64,000 nucleotides of DNA from Lama guanicoe (taxonomy: Eukaryota), in assembly GCA_013239625.1 (NCBI GenBank), contig MU053513.1, forward strand, positions 2,034,927 through 2,098,926, read 5' to 3'. Made by a program: the position numbers and the translations under genes. The notes under the pieces are model-generated. The model was not told the DNA's origin. It was given only the letters and a program-made list of their open reading frames with translations, and ran no database searches. How positions within the stretch are numbered: position 1 is the stretch's first letter; each line of letters starts with the position of its first letter. Of the stretch, positions 12,166 through 26,230 are shown in pieces.

Positions 12166-13879
12166 TTGTTCCCTGAATCATGGATTGGAGGCGTCCTGTA
12201 TAAAGCCGAAAGAACCACGTCCACCCCGGAGGGTGGTGGCTGAGAGGAAATACGATGCCGACTGAAAGTTTCGTAAATAGTAAATCATCATACAAATCTT
12301 GGGTGTTATTATTATAGCCTCTGTTTCTTAGGTTATCAAGGCAGGAGTTATTTTTTTATGTCTTCCAAAAGCCACATTCCTTGTCTAAGGTAAGAAGCTA
12401 AATCTGGGGTCAAATCCAGTGCTAGACCCACCTACTCTTCCCATCTGCTCTTTCCATATGGGCTCCACTCCGCTACCTTAAAAATCAGAATCTATCCAAG
12501 CATCCTTTGGTGGAAGCCGGATGTAGGCAAACATTCCCACAGGACGTTCCAAGATGAAATCTGGAGCTCGTGTTCCCAACCACGATGACGGCAGCCTAGC
12601 ACCTGGCTTGGCGGGGAGGGGTGAACAGGACACGCTGCTGGAAATGCAAAGTGAAGTTCAAAGTCTTAGGTCAGCCTAGGGAGAATAACTCACCAAACAC
12701 ACTGCCTTCTTTCTTTCTTTCCTTCTTTAAAAAAAAAAAAGAATGTTCAGCTCAAGAACCACTACAGTGCATGTTTCTTCATTTTTTTTTCCCAGTTAAT
12801 TGAGCAGTTGCCACAGCAACTCAAGAACAGACTACTCACTGCCTTCGATGAATTGCAGAGACACAGTTTTCATCTACTGAAAGTGGCAGTGAGCTTTTCA
12901 AAAAGGGAATCTTGAGCTGTTGCTTTTTCTCCCCTGGCCTGATATCAGTATTCTCTCCACGGGACCCTGAAGTGGCAGCACTTCGCTTTCATGAATGAGA
13001 AAAATGTGTCCTGGGGAGAGGGGGCTTGGAAATTTCAGCAGGAGTCAGACCAGCCAGCCAGTCAACAACACCCCCCAGGCTCGTCCGTGCCTCTGTCTGC
13101 CCCTCATGCCCTCCTGGCTGTTCCTCTGTGCACATTGCTGTTTCCAGCCTCTGTCTTCAGCCTATTGCCTTTCCCTAGAATGCTCTGCCTAGCTACCTAC
13201 AACCCCTCTTGTTGGAAGACCCATTTTAAGACTGAACTCAAGAATCTCTCTCCTCCCTCCCGTTGGGATGGATCTCCTTTTCCCAGGTGCTCCAGTGCAG
13301 GCTGCATCTCTGTGAAAGTGCACACCACATCATACTCTGTCCTACATTAAAATTAGTTGCGTATGTCATTCACCTTCCACAGTGCCTTGAACATAGAAGC
13401 CAGAGTAAGTGGCTCTCTCCTCATTGACTCACAGCGTTTCTATAGTTTCTCAACAGAATGTGCATCTATTGGACTCTGTGCCCATCCTGCCCCTAAAATG
13501 TTATCCTGACCACAGGTGACTGGATCAAGAGCACACCTGAACCAAGTTTGGACAATTACCATCCTTCCTGAGGAATTTAGACTGAGACGACTGGCCTCTG
13601 TGTTGGCTGGACCAGTTGGTAGACCGCTATGTAAAGAGGTCTGCAAAGAGAGAAAAAGAAGGAACTGCATACAATGGAGGGAAATTCTTAACGGCCTTTC
13701 AGCACCTACTTTAGCATTGTTCCTAATGCTCAGGTGCATTTTCTTTGGATTTGTGACAGGTCCCCAAAGCTTTATAATAAGTTTACTTTTTTTTTTTTTG
13801 CTGAAGCTAATTTAAACAGATTTTTGTGACTTGCAACCAAAAAAATCTTAGCTAAGATACTTACATAATGAGGATATGC

Positions 13880-14030
13880 TTTTGTAACATGATTGTCTTT
13901 CCCACAAGACTGAGATCTTTGAAGGTAAGGACTAAGAAAATCTTAATTAGGTTTTGTAACCCCAGAATCCATCATTGTGCCTGACATGTAGTAGGTGTTC
14001 AAAATGTAGTTGTTGAATCAACACATCAAC
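13880..14030 (+). mobile_element. L2 3' end
   Basis: agactgagatctttgaaggtaaggact...gtgcctgacatgtagtaggtgttcaaaatgtagttgttgaat. Confidence 0.7.
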
Positions 14031-14589
14031 ATTTTCTTGACTCAGATGGGATGCTGTACAAAAACCGTAAAGCATTAAGTCAACGTGAGCCTAACTTATT
14101 ACCAGACTAACTCTACTGAGCTCTGCCCACTTACTCCTCTCCAGAGGAGACGGGGAGTGTTTTGGGGACTTCTCAATTGTTCAGAAGTCAGGCAGGGAGA
14201 AAGGGTGCTAGTTAGTGGGTCCCCCCAAATATTAGGAGAGAAAAAGAAGGTCCTTTCTCCAACACACTCCTATAATTTTTTGGAAATGGTTCATTAATTC
14301 ACACCCAACTAATCCGTATTTATTATAACCCCACAGGATTATCCATTAGGATCTGAATTCTTTACAAGCCATAAAAAAAGGATTTGATGCTAGGATGCAA
14401 ATAAGGCAGCAGGAACACAAAGTAGTCAAGAGAGCAAATTTTCAGATAAACTGAAGCATGGTAGAAGTTCTAGTTTACACAGAATTGATACAAATTACTT
14501 TTCTGCCGTAAAGCAGGGTACAAGTTTTTTTTTTTTAAATATATAGACACACACACACACATATACGTACATATATTCTTCCTCCTTAA

Positions 14590-14667
14590 GGGAGGCACTG
14601 GGAATTGAACCCAGGACCTCATGCACGTCAAGCATTCTCTCTACCACTGAGCTATACTCCCCACCCC
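14590..14667 (-). mobile_element. tRNA-derived camelid-type SINE (short form)
   Basis: ggaattgaacccaggacctcatgc...ctctaccactgagctatactcccc. Confidence 0.85.
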
Positions 14668-17479
14668 AAGATATTAATAATAATATTCTTAGCCTATCTC
14701 AAGAATATTGTCAGCAAACCCAGATTTATTATTTTAAGGCATAGAGACCTGCAAGATTCCCAAACTATTGTGTTTTATGCAACTACTCAAACATAGTGAG
14801 GAAGCACATTGATTAATATTGAAAGAGATTTACAACATAGTATTATGTGAATAAATAGGCAACTAAAGAGTAGAAATACTGTGACCCCATTTTTATAGAA
14901 ATGGTTGTGTACATACAAAAATCTATTATAAAAATTAAAATGTTAACATTAAGTGGTTTACACTTGGGTGCTTGGTTACAGATGTTTTCCTTTTAAATAT
15001 CTACATTTAATAATTTCTATAAAATGAATATGTATTATTCAAGTAAAAAATAAACAAAAAATTCAGGACTCACATATAATTCTCATCCATCCATTCATCC
15101 TGTTAGTCAACAAATGTTTGCTAAGTACCTACAATGCACCAGACCAAGTTACCCCAGATCTAGGCAGTGAAAGCGTTCCTTGGCCTGTTCACCTTCTTGT
15201 GTGGAAGCTGCAGTGCTAAAGTTAATAAATGTGGATAATATACACTATCTGCTTTCTTGTCTAAAACTTTTTGATAGGATAAGTGTTTGGAAAGGAAAGA
15301 CAGGAAGTATTCTTAAAAAGTAGAAAGTCAGAAATGCTTTCCAAAGACCACTGTTTGTCCTTCTACAAAGAAAACTTTCTGTTCTTCAAACAATGTTCCT
15401 AGAACATTTTGACTGACTCTCTGGATCATTTTAAAACAACTTGAAATGTAGAATGGTAGGATTCACAAATTAACTTCCACAAGAGAATGGATATTATGCT
15501 TTTTTTCATTTTCACTGAGGCTCATGTATGTGAGCAAACACATTTATGCTCTAATCTGAGTTTGGTAACAAATCCCTGTTTAAAGGAAGGAGGAGTGGGT
15601 CTCCAAGCAAACATCCATTCTTTCTTTGTCTTGCTTTGTATGTTTCCTGTGACATTTACTATTATTTTAATGCTCTTCATTTGATCCACGTTTTGCAATG
15701 AAGCTAGGAATGACATAACCTCTTATTTACCCCTTTGCTTACTGTGTGTGTGTGTGTGGTGACCCGTTCCATAAGGTCTGAGTCAGTTTATCAGCATCCA
15801 CCAGACTCCGTCCGTGTTTGAAAATGTTCTTTTTTTCTACCTTGATGACTCTTTCATTAGTGAAATTTACATTCTTGGGCAAGATCTAGAACTATGTCCT
15901 ATCTTTCAGATACTAGATGTACCCGAAGCCAGAAGTGATCACTCTGCTCGTTTTAAGACCCTAAGATTTAGAGCCTTCACAGATTTCTCTGAATGTCAGT
16001 GTTTCTACTTGGTACTCACACTGGACTTGATAAGAGTGTAAGCTTTATTTCTTTAAAGCAGAATAGATTAAATTTTTTAAAATTAGAATTTAATTAAAAA
16101 TTAAAATTTTATTGATTCAGAAGTCCCATATATTTAAGCAACTATTTCCTAGTTCAAGAAACTTAAGATAAACATGCTCTTATCCCTTTCAGCTATCTGC
16201 CTTCTTAGCCAGTGGCAATGGGTCTCACCCCAGATGCACATTAGAATCAGCTGCAAAGCTTTTAAAACCTAGTTTTGCCTGGCTTCACTTTCCATAGTGA
16301 AGAGCTGCAGGTAGAAAGAGGTGTTATCTATGCAACCTGACTGTGCCTGACAATGATTTTTTTCTTGTCAATAAATATTAATTTCCTGCTGTGTTATTTA
16401 ATCCTCAGAGTAATTAAAAGCTGATGAAAATCAAGATGATTAGAAATTCCTAGAAATAAAGCTAGTCAGACATGTGATGAAGAAGTAACTGTGCCTTATT
16501 TTCTGCTATTGGTTCATTACAAAAAAAATATATATATAAGAGAATACTATGCTTTAGGAGTAATACTGTCCAAGAAAGGGTGTCGTGAGAGTGAGAACTG
16601 AGGGGAGGGGAATAGACCAAGACTGCCTTCCCCAGCCAGGGGAGTGGGAATATCTCAGCATGGAAGGGACTGGCAGTTTGTGAATGGAGGAGATCTGACC
16701 CCACTCCCACGCCAACAGTCCCAGGAAATGCCAAGACCAGTAGTGGGGATGGCAGGTGGATGGCTGAGATCTCAGCTGCCCCTGTGGTCCAGATGGTCCC
16801 CCTAGCATGCATGCTGTGAGGGGGGCAGTCCACTTTTGAGTGGATCACCTAGGCTTGAACAGTAGGCATCTCAGGTTGACCATAAAGAGCTGAAGACCAG
16901 AAGCCCCTTCCTCAAACTTCTTAGACCAGGTAAATCTTCTCAGACTGTAGTAAGACCCTGGAGGAGAGAAAGAAGGGGCACCCTATACCATGACTGAGAA
17001 CGAAATTTCCATTTTCTCAGGGAGAGAGGGCCTGATTAAGAAAAATACAGAAATGTTACATGGAAGCAGTCTACAGACCTTACCTAACTACTGGACCATT
17101 GTTCCTAAAAATGTTTCTAATTTAGAGTGAAATGTGTATTTCAGGTGTAGCATTACTGGGCTTACATGGTTTTTTACTGGTAGAATTGCATAAAGTGATA
17201 GAATTGCATGAGTCTAATTACTTTTGGTATGTAATTATTACATTTAAATATTTAAAAGGATAAGTTTAGTGAGAGCAATTTAGAAATGTGTGCTAAAGTT
17301 GAAGATGCCCAAACCCACGGAAAGACTGGCTGGCCAAGTGGCCCCACATCACTTGCGAGGAAGCTGATGTCCAGAGGACCGTGCTGACCTCCCAACTTCC
17401 TGTTCACCCCAGGAGAGATCTGGAAGAGGAAGAGGTTTATCAGAGGCAAGGGCCAGCCCCTTTCCATGTTCTCCCCTGC

Positions 17480-18110
17480 TGTCTGCTATAGAGAAATCCT
17501 TACACAGTTGAGTAAGAAAGTGCCAGGAAGTTCACTGCACCAAATTTACAAAATCAAGAATCGGAAACAACCTAAATGCTCATTATTAGAAGAACGGATA
17601 ACTAAATCGTCTTTTGGTCTTACACTGGGATGTTACATGGCAGTCAAAACGAGTGACGCAGAGTTACATCATTTGCATGGATTGAGAAGGATATGCACAA
17701 TATGGGGCAATTTTTACGGGGTTGGAAACATGAAAAAAACACCCTACGTTGCTTGCAAACAACACAGTCTATTTTATATACAATAAATATTTATGGAATA
17801 CCTAACCTGTGCCAGTGGCTGTGTTAGATAATGGTGATACAGCAGCAACGAAAGCAAAGTGCCTGCTTTCCTGAAACCTACATTCTAGTGACCCAGCTGC
17901 ATAGAGAGCTATATAAAGACAGACATGGGACTGGTAAACACTGAATTCAGATCAGTAGACACCTCCGGGAAGGGAAAGGGGAATGTGATTGGGGGCCACA
18001 GAGGGTTTCAATTATGTGCAATGTTTCATTCCTAAGCTGTTCAGTGGGTAAATAGTGTTTGTTATAATCATTCTCTATAGCTTTTGGTCTGGCCTATATA
18101 TCTTACAGAA
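17480..18110 (+). mobile_element. Old L1 (L1ME-like) 3' fragments, with a short L2-like piece near 17780-17890
   Basis: ggaaacaacctaaatgctcattattagaagaacggataactaaat; acctccgggaagggaaagggg...gtttcattcctaagctg. Confidence 0.55.
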
Positions 18111-18719
18111 TCGATTTACTTTTGTTTCTTAGTTTTGCTTCTACAAATTTCTTTCATGCCTGTAAGAACACATTTTCCTCCACTGATAAAAGAGAGGTCA
18201 AATGAAACACAAGAAGATTAATGGAGATGTTCTGGGAACTAGCTGTAAGTATTTAAGAAAGCCTGTGTGTTTGGAAATGACGAGAACTTGAGCATTTTTC
18301 TAGAGAAAGGAAGAAGGGCATGAAGCACAAGCACACAGCCGGGCGCAAAGAAATGCAGGCGCTGCTTATGAAACAGGAGACTGATGTGGACCTCACTTGT
18401 CTGCAAGGACAAACTTGGGAAGGGATTTGCGGCGTGTCCTAGAGGCTTCCCCGAGCCTGGCCGCGAGGCTGGCTGGCATCTGGGAAGACTGGCTTATTGA
18501 TCAATGGACTGCAGGTAGTTTAGTATTTAGTGTATGCTCTGCATCCTAAGTCATGTGGGACTAAACTGGACCCAGTTCGACAGCTCTTACTTCAAAAAAA
18601 TTAGATAAACAGCCTCACCAATAACTTTTTTTCTCTTTAGAATCCTCTTGTCCCCCATCAACAATGCTTGCTTTATTACTGAAGTAGATTTGACTAAAAG
18701 GAAGAGGAAATATTGTAAT

Positions 18720-19140
18720 AGTACCCTTAATATCCTTTGACCCTGAAATCCTGGTATTAGTAATCTCTCCTAGAATAATAATCAGAGATTTGGGCAGAGC
18801 TGATGTGCAATGACATGCCAGGGCACATTGTTTATAACAGTGAAAAGATGAAAAATAAGTGCCCTGCAGTGGGCAATGATGAAAATAAATACAGTCTTAC
18901 AGAATTATATTTTATACTGTCATTAAAAATGTGTTTACAAAAGTTATTTAGTAACATGGGAAAGTCTATATTATTAAATGAAAATTTTTGATTAAAACTT
19001 TATTAAGTATCTTTTAATCAACGAAATACTCAAAAATGTTAACATTAATTTCCTTTTTTATATTCACTGTAACTTTCCAAACTTTCCCTGGCAGGTAGTT
19101 TTGCTTTTATAAATAAGAAAAAAGTTGGTAACTTTAAGAA
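18720..19140 (+). mobile_element. Old L1 (L1ME-like) 3' fragment
   Basis: atcctttgaccctgaaatcc, cattgtttataacagtgaaaa, ttttgcttttataaataagaaaaa. Confidence 0.55.
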
Positions 19141-19297
19141 AACACAAGGAAATGGAAGCATATTATGCATCGAAGGAGAAGCAATCACTGACTTGCCATT
19201 TTTTAACAACCTTAGACATCTGTTTAGATGGCTTGCTCATTTTACAAGCCTGTGAAATTAACTCCTATGGTTGCAAATACTAGGATAAAATATAAGC

Positions 19298-19302
<5 letters not shown>

Positions 19303-19330
<28 letters not shown>
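19303..19330. repeat. (TG)14 microsatellite
   Basis: Directly visible. Confidence 0.98.
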
Positions 19331-19336
<6 letters not shown>

Positions 19337-20093
19337 GGTTTTTCTAGGGGTCATTATTATAGATTCTGGGGCAGCAGCATAGCTTAGTGGAAAGAGATGC
19401 ACTTGGAGCAAACACATCATTAGTTGTGTGACCTTGGGGATAAAGATGCTTTCCTCCCGGGTCTGTGGTGAGGGTTAAGCCAGATCATTAGAGCTCTTGG
19501 TACAGGATAAACACTTAATAAAAGCTGTTGACTCTGACTTTTTCTTCAAGGTTATGAATATACAGTAAAAAAACTCCAAGTTTTAGATTGTGTTCTCTGC
19601 CGGTTTCCTCTAGACAAGATTAACTGAAAGGCAAAGTGGTTTTAAAAGGGTCTTGCTGCATTTACTGTTTAGAACCAAGTGTGTTCTTCATGAGTCATCC
19701 AAACCAAAGACAAGACAAGCAAACAAAGGCGCCTCCCCACGACCATGTGGCGTGCCTCCAGAGTCCATCCCATCTGTTCCTCTCCAGGCCCATTCCCTTC
19801 CTGACCTCATGGGAAGTTCTCGCAAAATAATGAAAGAGGTAAATGGCTCAGCTGCCCTCCTCACCCCAACACCCTTTCTTCCTTTGCATCTTGGAACTGA
19901 AGATCGTTTCCTGGTTTTCCAAAGTCCTCAGCTAGACCAAGGGCCATCCATAACGTGGTGGCTAAAACTTAGTCTCAGTGATGTCAGACTGTTTGGTTTT
20001 GAGTGTTTGACATGTTACTTAGCCTTTCTGGGCTTTAGTTCTACATCTGTAAAGTGGTTAAAAAAAAAAAGTCATAAGATTGTGTCAAGGCTT

Positions 20094-20692
20094 AGGTATG
20101 GAAGAAACCTAAGTGTTCACATCAACAGATGAATGGATAAAGATGTGGAATACTACTCAGTCATAAAAAGAATGAAATGTTGCCATTTGCAGCAATATGG
20201 ATGGACTTGGGAGGGTACAATGCTGAGTGAAATAAGTCAGAGAACAATAAACACTGTATGACATCACTTATATGTGGAATCTAAAAAAATACAAGAGAGG
20301 ATGGAGGATGGCACCCTCCATGGTAAAAAATGTGTGCTTAGCATGGGTGAGGTCCTGGGTTCAATCCCCAGTACCGCCATTAAAAAAATTTTTAAAATAC
20401 AACAAACTAGTGAATATAACAACAACAAAAAAGCAGACCCACAAATATAGAGAACAAACTAGTGGTTACCAGTGGGGAGGGCAAGGAGGGGCAACCTAGG
20501 GGTGGGAGAGAAAAAGGTACAAGCTATTAGGTATGAAATATGTTACAAGGATATATTGCACAACATGGGGAATGCAACCACTATTTTATAATAACTATAA
20601 ATGGAATATAACCTTTAAAAATTGTGAATCACGTTATTGTCCACCTGTAACTTATATAATATTTTACATCAACTGCACTTCAATAAAAAATA
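20094..20692 (+). mobile_element. L1 3' end inserted into a MIR, 18-bp TSD
   Basis: aacctaagtgttcacatcaacagatgaatggataaag...cttcaataaaaaa; TSD aagattgtgtcaaggctt (20076-20093) / aagattgtgacaaggctt (20693-20710). Confidence 0.92.
20295..20393 (+). mobile_element. tRNA-derived camelid-type SINE nested in L1
   Basis: tgtgcttagcatgggtgaggtcctgggttcaatccccagtacc; TSD aaaatacaa on both sides. Confidence 0.85.
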
Positions 20693-21622
20693 AAGATTGT
20701 GACAAGGCTTCATGCACATAATGTGCTTTGAATAGTGCCTGAAACATAATAAGCACTTGAGAAGTTTTAGTGATTACTGTTACTACTCTTCTTCCAGGTT
20801 CTTGCGCTAAAAATCCCTCATAAATGCAAGGCTAGAAAGCAGCCTCCTCAGTGAGGAGGCAGTGGAGGCTAGGAGCTCAGGCTCTGGTGCTGGAGAGAGC
20901 GGAGTGTGCAACGTGGGGAAAGTCATTAATATCTCTTAAGTCTCAACTGAACCTTGGGGCTGGAGGTAGGGCTGTTAGGATAACTGAAAAATGAATCGGG
21001 GGTTGGCACTTGATACATTTTGGCTATTATTATTGTTCTAAATGTATTGTGTATATTATCTCATTTAGTCTTCACAAAACCCCATTTTGCAAGTGAGGAA
21101 ATTCTGGCGTAGAGGAGTTTGAGGTCACATGCGTAGTAATTAGCAAAACCGGGCTCAGACTCAGGCACTCGGCCCCCCAGCCCGTGGTTTTACCCACTGT
21201 GCACCCCTGTACACCACCTCTTCTACTTAGTGACAAAGAACTCATTCATGCTTCAGGGTCAATGGCCAACAATGACTTTATATGTTTCTACTCCTCCTAA
21301 TAGGGTTACCTTTTAAAATACAGCTTCTGTGATTTTTGATATTTCATAATGCAGTAACTTCTACTGGTCTCAATTTAAACCTGAAAACGAATGTGCAATT
21401 AACAACGTTCTAAGATGATGGAGGTTTTACTATAGCTGCAGTTAGCCACATCTGGTTCAATCGCATAAGCTAATGATGAAAAATTGAGAGAGACCCTCTA
21501 GTGACACAGTATCACCCCTATCCCCTTTGGATTCCACATGATGGGATTTTAGGTACTGAAGCAGGATAGTGGGGGTGAATTCAGATATTTCTGAGATAAC
21601 GATGGTGGGAGCTGATGTTACA

Positions 21623-21625
<3 letters not shown>

Positions 21626-21659
<34 letters not shown>
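21626..21659. repeat. (AC)17 microsatellite
   Basis: Directly visible. Confidence 0.98.
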
Positions 21660-21661
<2 letters not shown>

Positions 21662-24284
21662 TGGCCTTTACTTAAACAGACTCAGAGAAGGAAAGGACTT
21701 TAGGAGGCACATAATTTTTCTACCCAGTACAGAAATCACTTTTATGTTAAGCATCCCTGAGGAACGTCTGCCTAGAATTTATTTGAGTATCTTCAATGAT
21801 GTATCCAAAGGTAACCCTAGTTAGAAAACGCCTTCCTGCATTGACCTGAATTCCAACTCTGTAATTTCCATCTCTGGGGCCCTAGTCTCTATTACATAGT
21901 AATACAGAAGTTTAACGCCGCCTTCTTAAATGATACAGCCCCTTATAGATAACTGAATTTCCTCACTGAATGGTTGATTATTGAGCATGTCGGGTGCTGC
22001 GCCCGTGCCGGGAACACAGGTGTGACCCAGACCACAGACCCCACCCGCCACGGCGTGAACAGACCCACAAGAGCCTGGCTAGTCACTGCGCTCTCATGAA
22101 AATGTACTTCTCCATCTAGATATTTCTAGATCCTCCAACCACTTCTCGTCTGATAGCTTTTGGATCCCTCAACACCCTTGCAACCCTCCCTGGAAAGCAT
22201 GTAAATGAAAAACATTTTTCATCATTGCCCCATAATTTTTTTTGATTCCCTGTTCTCTGGTTAGAGTTTACAGAATGTCAGACTTCTGCCCTTTGAGATT
22301 CTTCTATATTCTATTTGTGGAGAAAACATTCTGAATTGGCCTCTTATACCTTGTCAAGCATTATGCAGAGAATTGAGGAATTGCAGTGAAGTAGACATTG
22401 TCCGGGTCCTTATCTATAATCTCCTGGGGGAGAAAGACGTTTCCTCTCTTTCTATAACGTATTGTGGGGGGGTCCTTTCAAAAGCCTAAGTGAAAAAGCT
22501 GTTGTTCTACAGTATTTTCTACCTGCGTTTAAAATAAGGCACGAGAAATTACAGTAAATAATCACCATGTGAAGACTTTACGTTTCTAGAACTACTACGT
22601 ATAGAGTGCTTCATATCTGATCGAATGCCTTGATAGAAATCAGCTCTTGAATCTTCACATTATTTTCTTCATTTTATAGATTTGGAAACTGAGGCACAGG
22701 GAAGGAAGTGGATGTGTCAACATCACAAAGCCACTACATGGTAGAACCAGAACTCAAATCTATCCAGGACCGTAAGCCTGAGGGTCTTAGCTTGCTGAGC
22801 TGCAACCACCACCCTTAATAAAACCGTAGATCCAACACGAAAATTCCCAAAACCCCGCAGAAAAAGAATGATAATTCACCAGTAGGTGGACAATGGTAAC
22901 TCTGCTCCTTGGCCACCGACGCCCAGGTTTTTGAGCACCCTCCCCAACCTTACTTCTGTAAATATGTAATAATCCCAGAAGGTTATTTGGTTTCCCATTA
23001 ACAACAGTCTCCTGTCTTTTAAGGCTCCAAGGCACATCTGACGACAGGTCCCACAGGAGTTCTATTTCCTCTTCCTTATTATGCAGTCATGCTCTTCTGT
23101 TATCACATTTTCATTTTACTTTAAAATGGCAGGACATTCGAGGTTATTCCAGTTCATAAGATGCTACAGGAGCCCGTGAGATTAATCATAAAACCTGCCT
23201 GACAAGACTAATAGGGTTTTTGAAAAGAGAAAAGCAAACAGTCTCTACTGGTCCGTCTTCCATAGGTTTTTGACCCCTGGACTATATCCTACTGCTTTGA
23301 ACTAAAAAAATTCTAGTTTTCATTTCCTTCTGCAAAGATTTCTCCTAGAGTCCTGGGATGGGGCACACCAGATGTGTGCTGTGTGGAGGCATTTACTTTA
23401 ACGTCTCCGAGTGTGGAAATGTATTGAACTCCTTGCTCAAAGCTGGTAACTGAAGTGATATAATGTCACTGTTTGATGTTTAGTATCGATACCGAAAACA
23501 TGAAGGACACCCCTGACTTTGCAGTGAAGAACGGTCAAAATAAAATACATCCTTATATAATTTATGAGGTTTAAGAACGGGACTTGTCTTTCTTCTTACA
23601 GAATCACTTAGCTCCAGACTGCCCAAGGCCAGCGGGGACGGTCAGGAAGGGCCGGCCGCCTAAACCTGCGGCAGGGACTTTGTTTCCGTGTTTGGGGAAG
23701 GCTAGCCTTACATCTTTCGGACCTCGGTCCCCCTCCCTCTCCAAAGTCCCTGCTGTCACCTTTCCAACAGATCACCAACAATCTTCACTACCAAGGACAG
23801 ATGCTTCCTGCAGAGCTGAGCAGTCACCTGGCCGCTCCAGCTTCCCAGCTGCAGTCAGTCCTTGCAGGACTTGTCACAACAACTTGACTTACCCATCAGA
23901 ACAGGACTCAGGGTGTCAGCTCGCAACGCGGTACGTCTCCACATTATGATCAGTGCTGTGCTGCTGAAAGATACAGCTTTGGGAATGGCCCCATCTTAAG
24001 CCAACTTTACAAATACAACCTAACACAGGTACTGGGCTTAGTGTAATATTTCTTGATTTAGAAGCTGAATATCACTATGGAAATTCACTTAAAACACACA
24101 CACACACACACCCCCAACCACCAGTAAAGCCTGTCTGTTCTGATCAGGGAATGTGCCATGATGATTTTATTCAGTGAGTCTATTTTGATCCTGACCGTGT
24201 CCCTGTCACAGTGTAGCAGCCATAAAAGAAGTACAAGATGGGGTCCTCCCTCTGGAGAAGGAGGGAAGGAAAAGGAGACATTTA

Positions 24285-24470
24285 CTGGACGGTCTACTGT
24301 GCCAGGTGCTTCTACATGGATCGTCTCTTTTAACCCAAAGAGCCTGCAAGGTGTTATGTCCATTTTTACAGATGAAGAAACTCAGGCTTGAAGAGGTAAC
24401 TTGCAACCAACCCACAGGTACAGCCCTGAATCTGAACTAGGTCGGTCCAGCTTCACAGTCCACGCTCTTT
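24285..24470 (-). mobile_element. MIR SINE
   Basis: ctactgtgccagg...ccatttttacagatgaagaaactcaggct...aacttgc...cacgctcttt. Confidence 0.75.
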
Positions 24471-25269
24471 CTCATCATGGATTCATGGAGGAGGCAATCA
24501 GGGAGGAACACGAAGCAGAATGTAGTGAAATATGAAATTACACAGAATCAAGCGCTGAGACTTAGGGTACAAGCTTCAGGTGCATCGGGTGCTCAGTGGG
24601 GCAGGCAAGAGATGAATGTTTAATTATCAGAGAAGGTCTCAAGGAAGAAGAAGTAAGATTTGAAATGATCCTTGCAGGATTGTTAGGATCAAACATTCTT
24701 TTGAATAAAGAGCCAATTCCTATTGGTAACATAAAGTTACATTTTTAAAGAAGTCAAATGTGCTTCTAGTCCTCCTGGGCTTTGCCCCCTAACCATCCTC
24801 TGTCCACTTCCCTTCCTGCCCTTGGTCCGCCCTCCCGTACACGCCCTTCCTAATGCTCTGCTCTGCTCTCTTTGAGGCACGTATTTGGTGAAACTCCATC
24901 ATTGAGTGAAGTGAACCATGGACAGTCTCTGTGCCCCATGGAAGCTCCACAGGCCTCTGAATCTTCAGTACCTAGAAGAGCGTCTGGCACCTATGGGACA
25001 CCCACCAAACATCTGCTAAATAAATGGAAAAAGGTGAAAAGGATCAAGTGGTTAAAACTAATTTCCAGGCACTAACATCAAATGGGCTCTTGGACTTTAT
25101 ATGCGAGTCCAGTCCTGCTGTGTTTCCTTTGTCCATTCTTTGCTGGATTTTGCAACATTTCAGTCCCTCCTCGCTTCAAATCTTAAGACTCTCAACAGAT
25201 GGCTTTGCCTCTGGAAGTCATCTGACAGCAACTCATCAACTTCTCACCATTAAACATACAAGCCTACAC

Positions 25270-26230
25270 TCCCATCTGACTGGTGCTCGTTCTGTTATAA
25301 CCCATGTGTGCTCGCTCTTCTGTCCTAAGGCCCGTCCCTCCACCTGTGCTTTAGAACTCAGTCCTTCTGCTTTCAGAGTATATATTCCTCTCTTGTATAT
25401 TCTCTGTCTCACGAGTGAGTGGATCCTTCCTATGTCCAAATGTCTCCATTACAAACAAGCCAGCATCCCCCAAAAGCTCTTTGTAAGGTCAACAATTTCC
25501 TCCATGGTTCCATATGCAATGGTCACTTTCCATTCCCTCTTTTTCTAATCCTCTTATCAGCATTTGACACTCTGCTTCTTGAAATACGTTTTCCTTGGCT
25601 TTTAGAACACCACGTTCTGCTGCCGTTCCTCCTATCTCTCTGACAACTTCCTTTGTATCTTTTTTGCTGCCTGGTCTCCCTCTACCCAGCCTTTAAATTT
25701 CCTCAGTGCTCAGCTTTAGACCCTCTTTGCTTCTCAGTTCTGTCCTCTATTCTATGAGTATCTCATCTCCACTCACAGCTTCAAGGTCTACTTATGTTCA
25801 GAAGTTCAGAAATTTGTATTTCCAGTCCAGATCTTTCCTCTAAAACCAGACCTATATATTTAATTCTTCACTTGAATTTTCTACTTGGGTGCATTAAAGC
25901 CCTTTGGACTCAGTGTGTCTAAAATTACACTCATGCTCTTTTCTTATGGAATTGGTGTTTTCTTAGTGTTCTTAGTGAATGTCACTACTGCCCACCCAGC
26001 TGTACAAGTGAAAAACTCAGGCATCGTATTCCACAGCTCACCCCCCGCTGGCTCTCATATCTACTCCAGCACGAAGTCCTGTTGATTTTACTCCACAAGT
26101 ACCTCTCAAATACATCCCTTTCTGTCCCTCTCCTCCCCGACTCTGGTGTAAGGTACCATCCATGACCTCTTGTCTGGACCTCTGCAGTTCCCACTGGACT
26201 TCCCAGATCCAGTCTTGTCTTCCTCCAGAA
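25270..26230 (+). mobile_element. L2 fragment (ORF2-derived region)
   Basis: ctaaggcccgtccctccacctgtgctttaga, cagcatttgacactct..cttcttgaaa, ctccagcacgaagtcctgttgattttactcc. Confidence 0.75.

Noticed and set aside
22879..22892. CTCF-like CCAGTAGGTGGACA
   Set aside because: Lacks the conserved C after GG in the core; weak match.
25024..25548. Longest non-L1 ORF (174 aa)
   Set aside because: Overlaps a decayed L2; no recognisable domain or exon structure.
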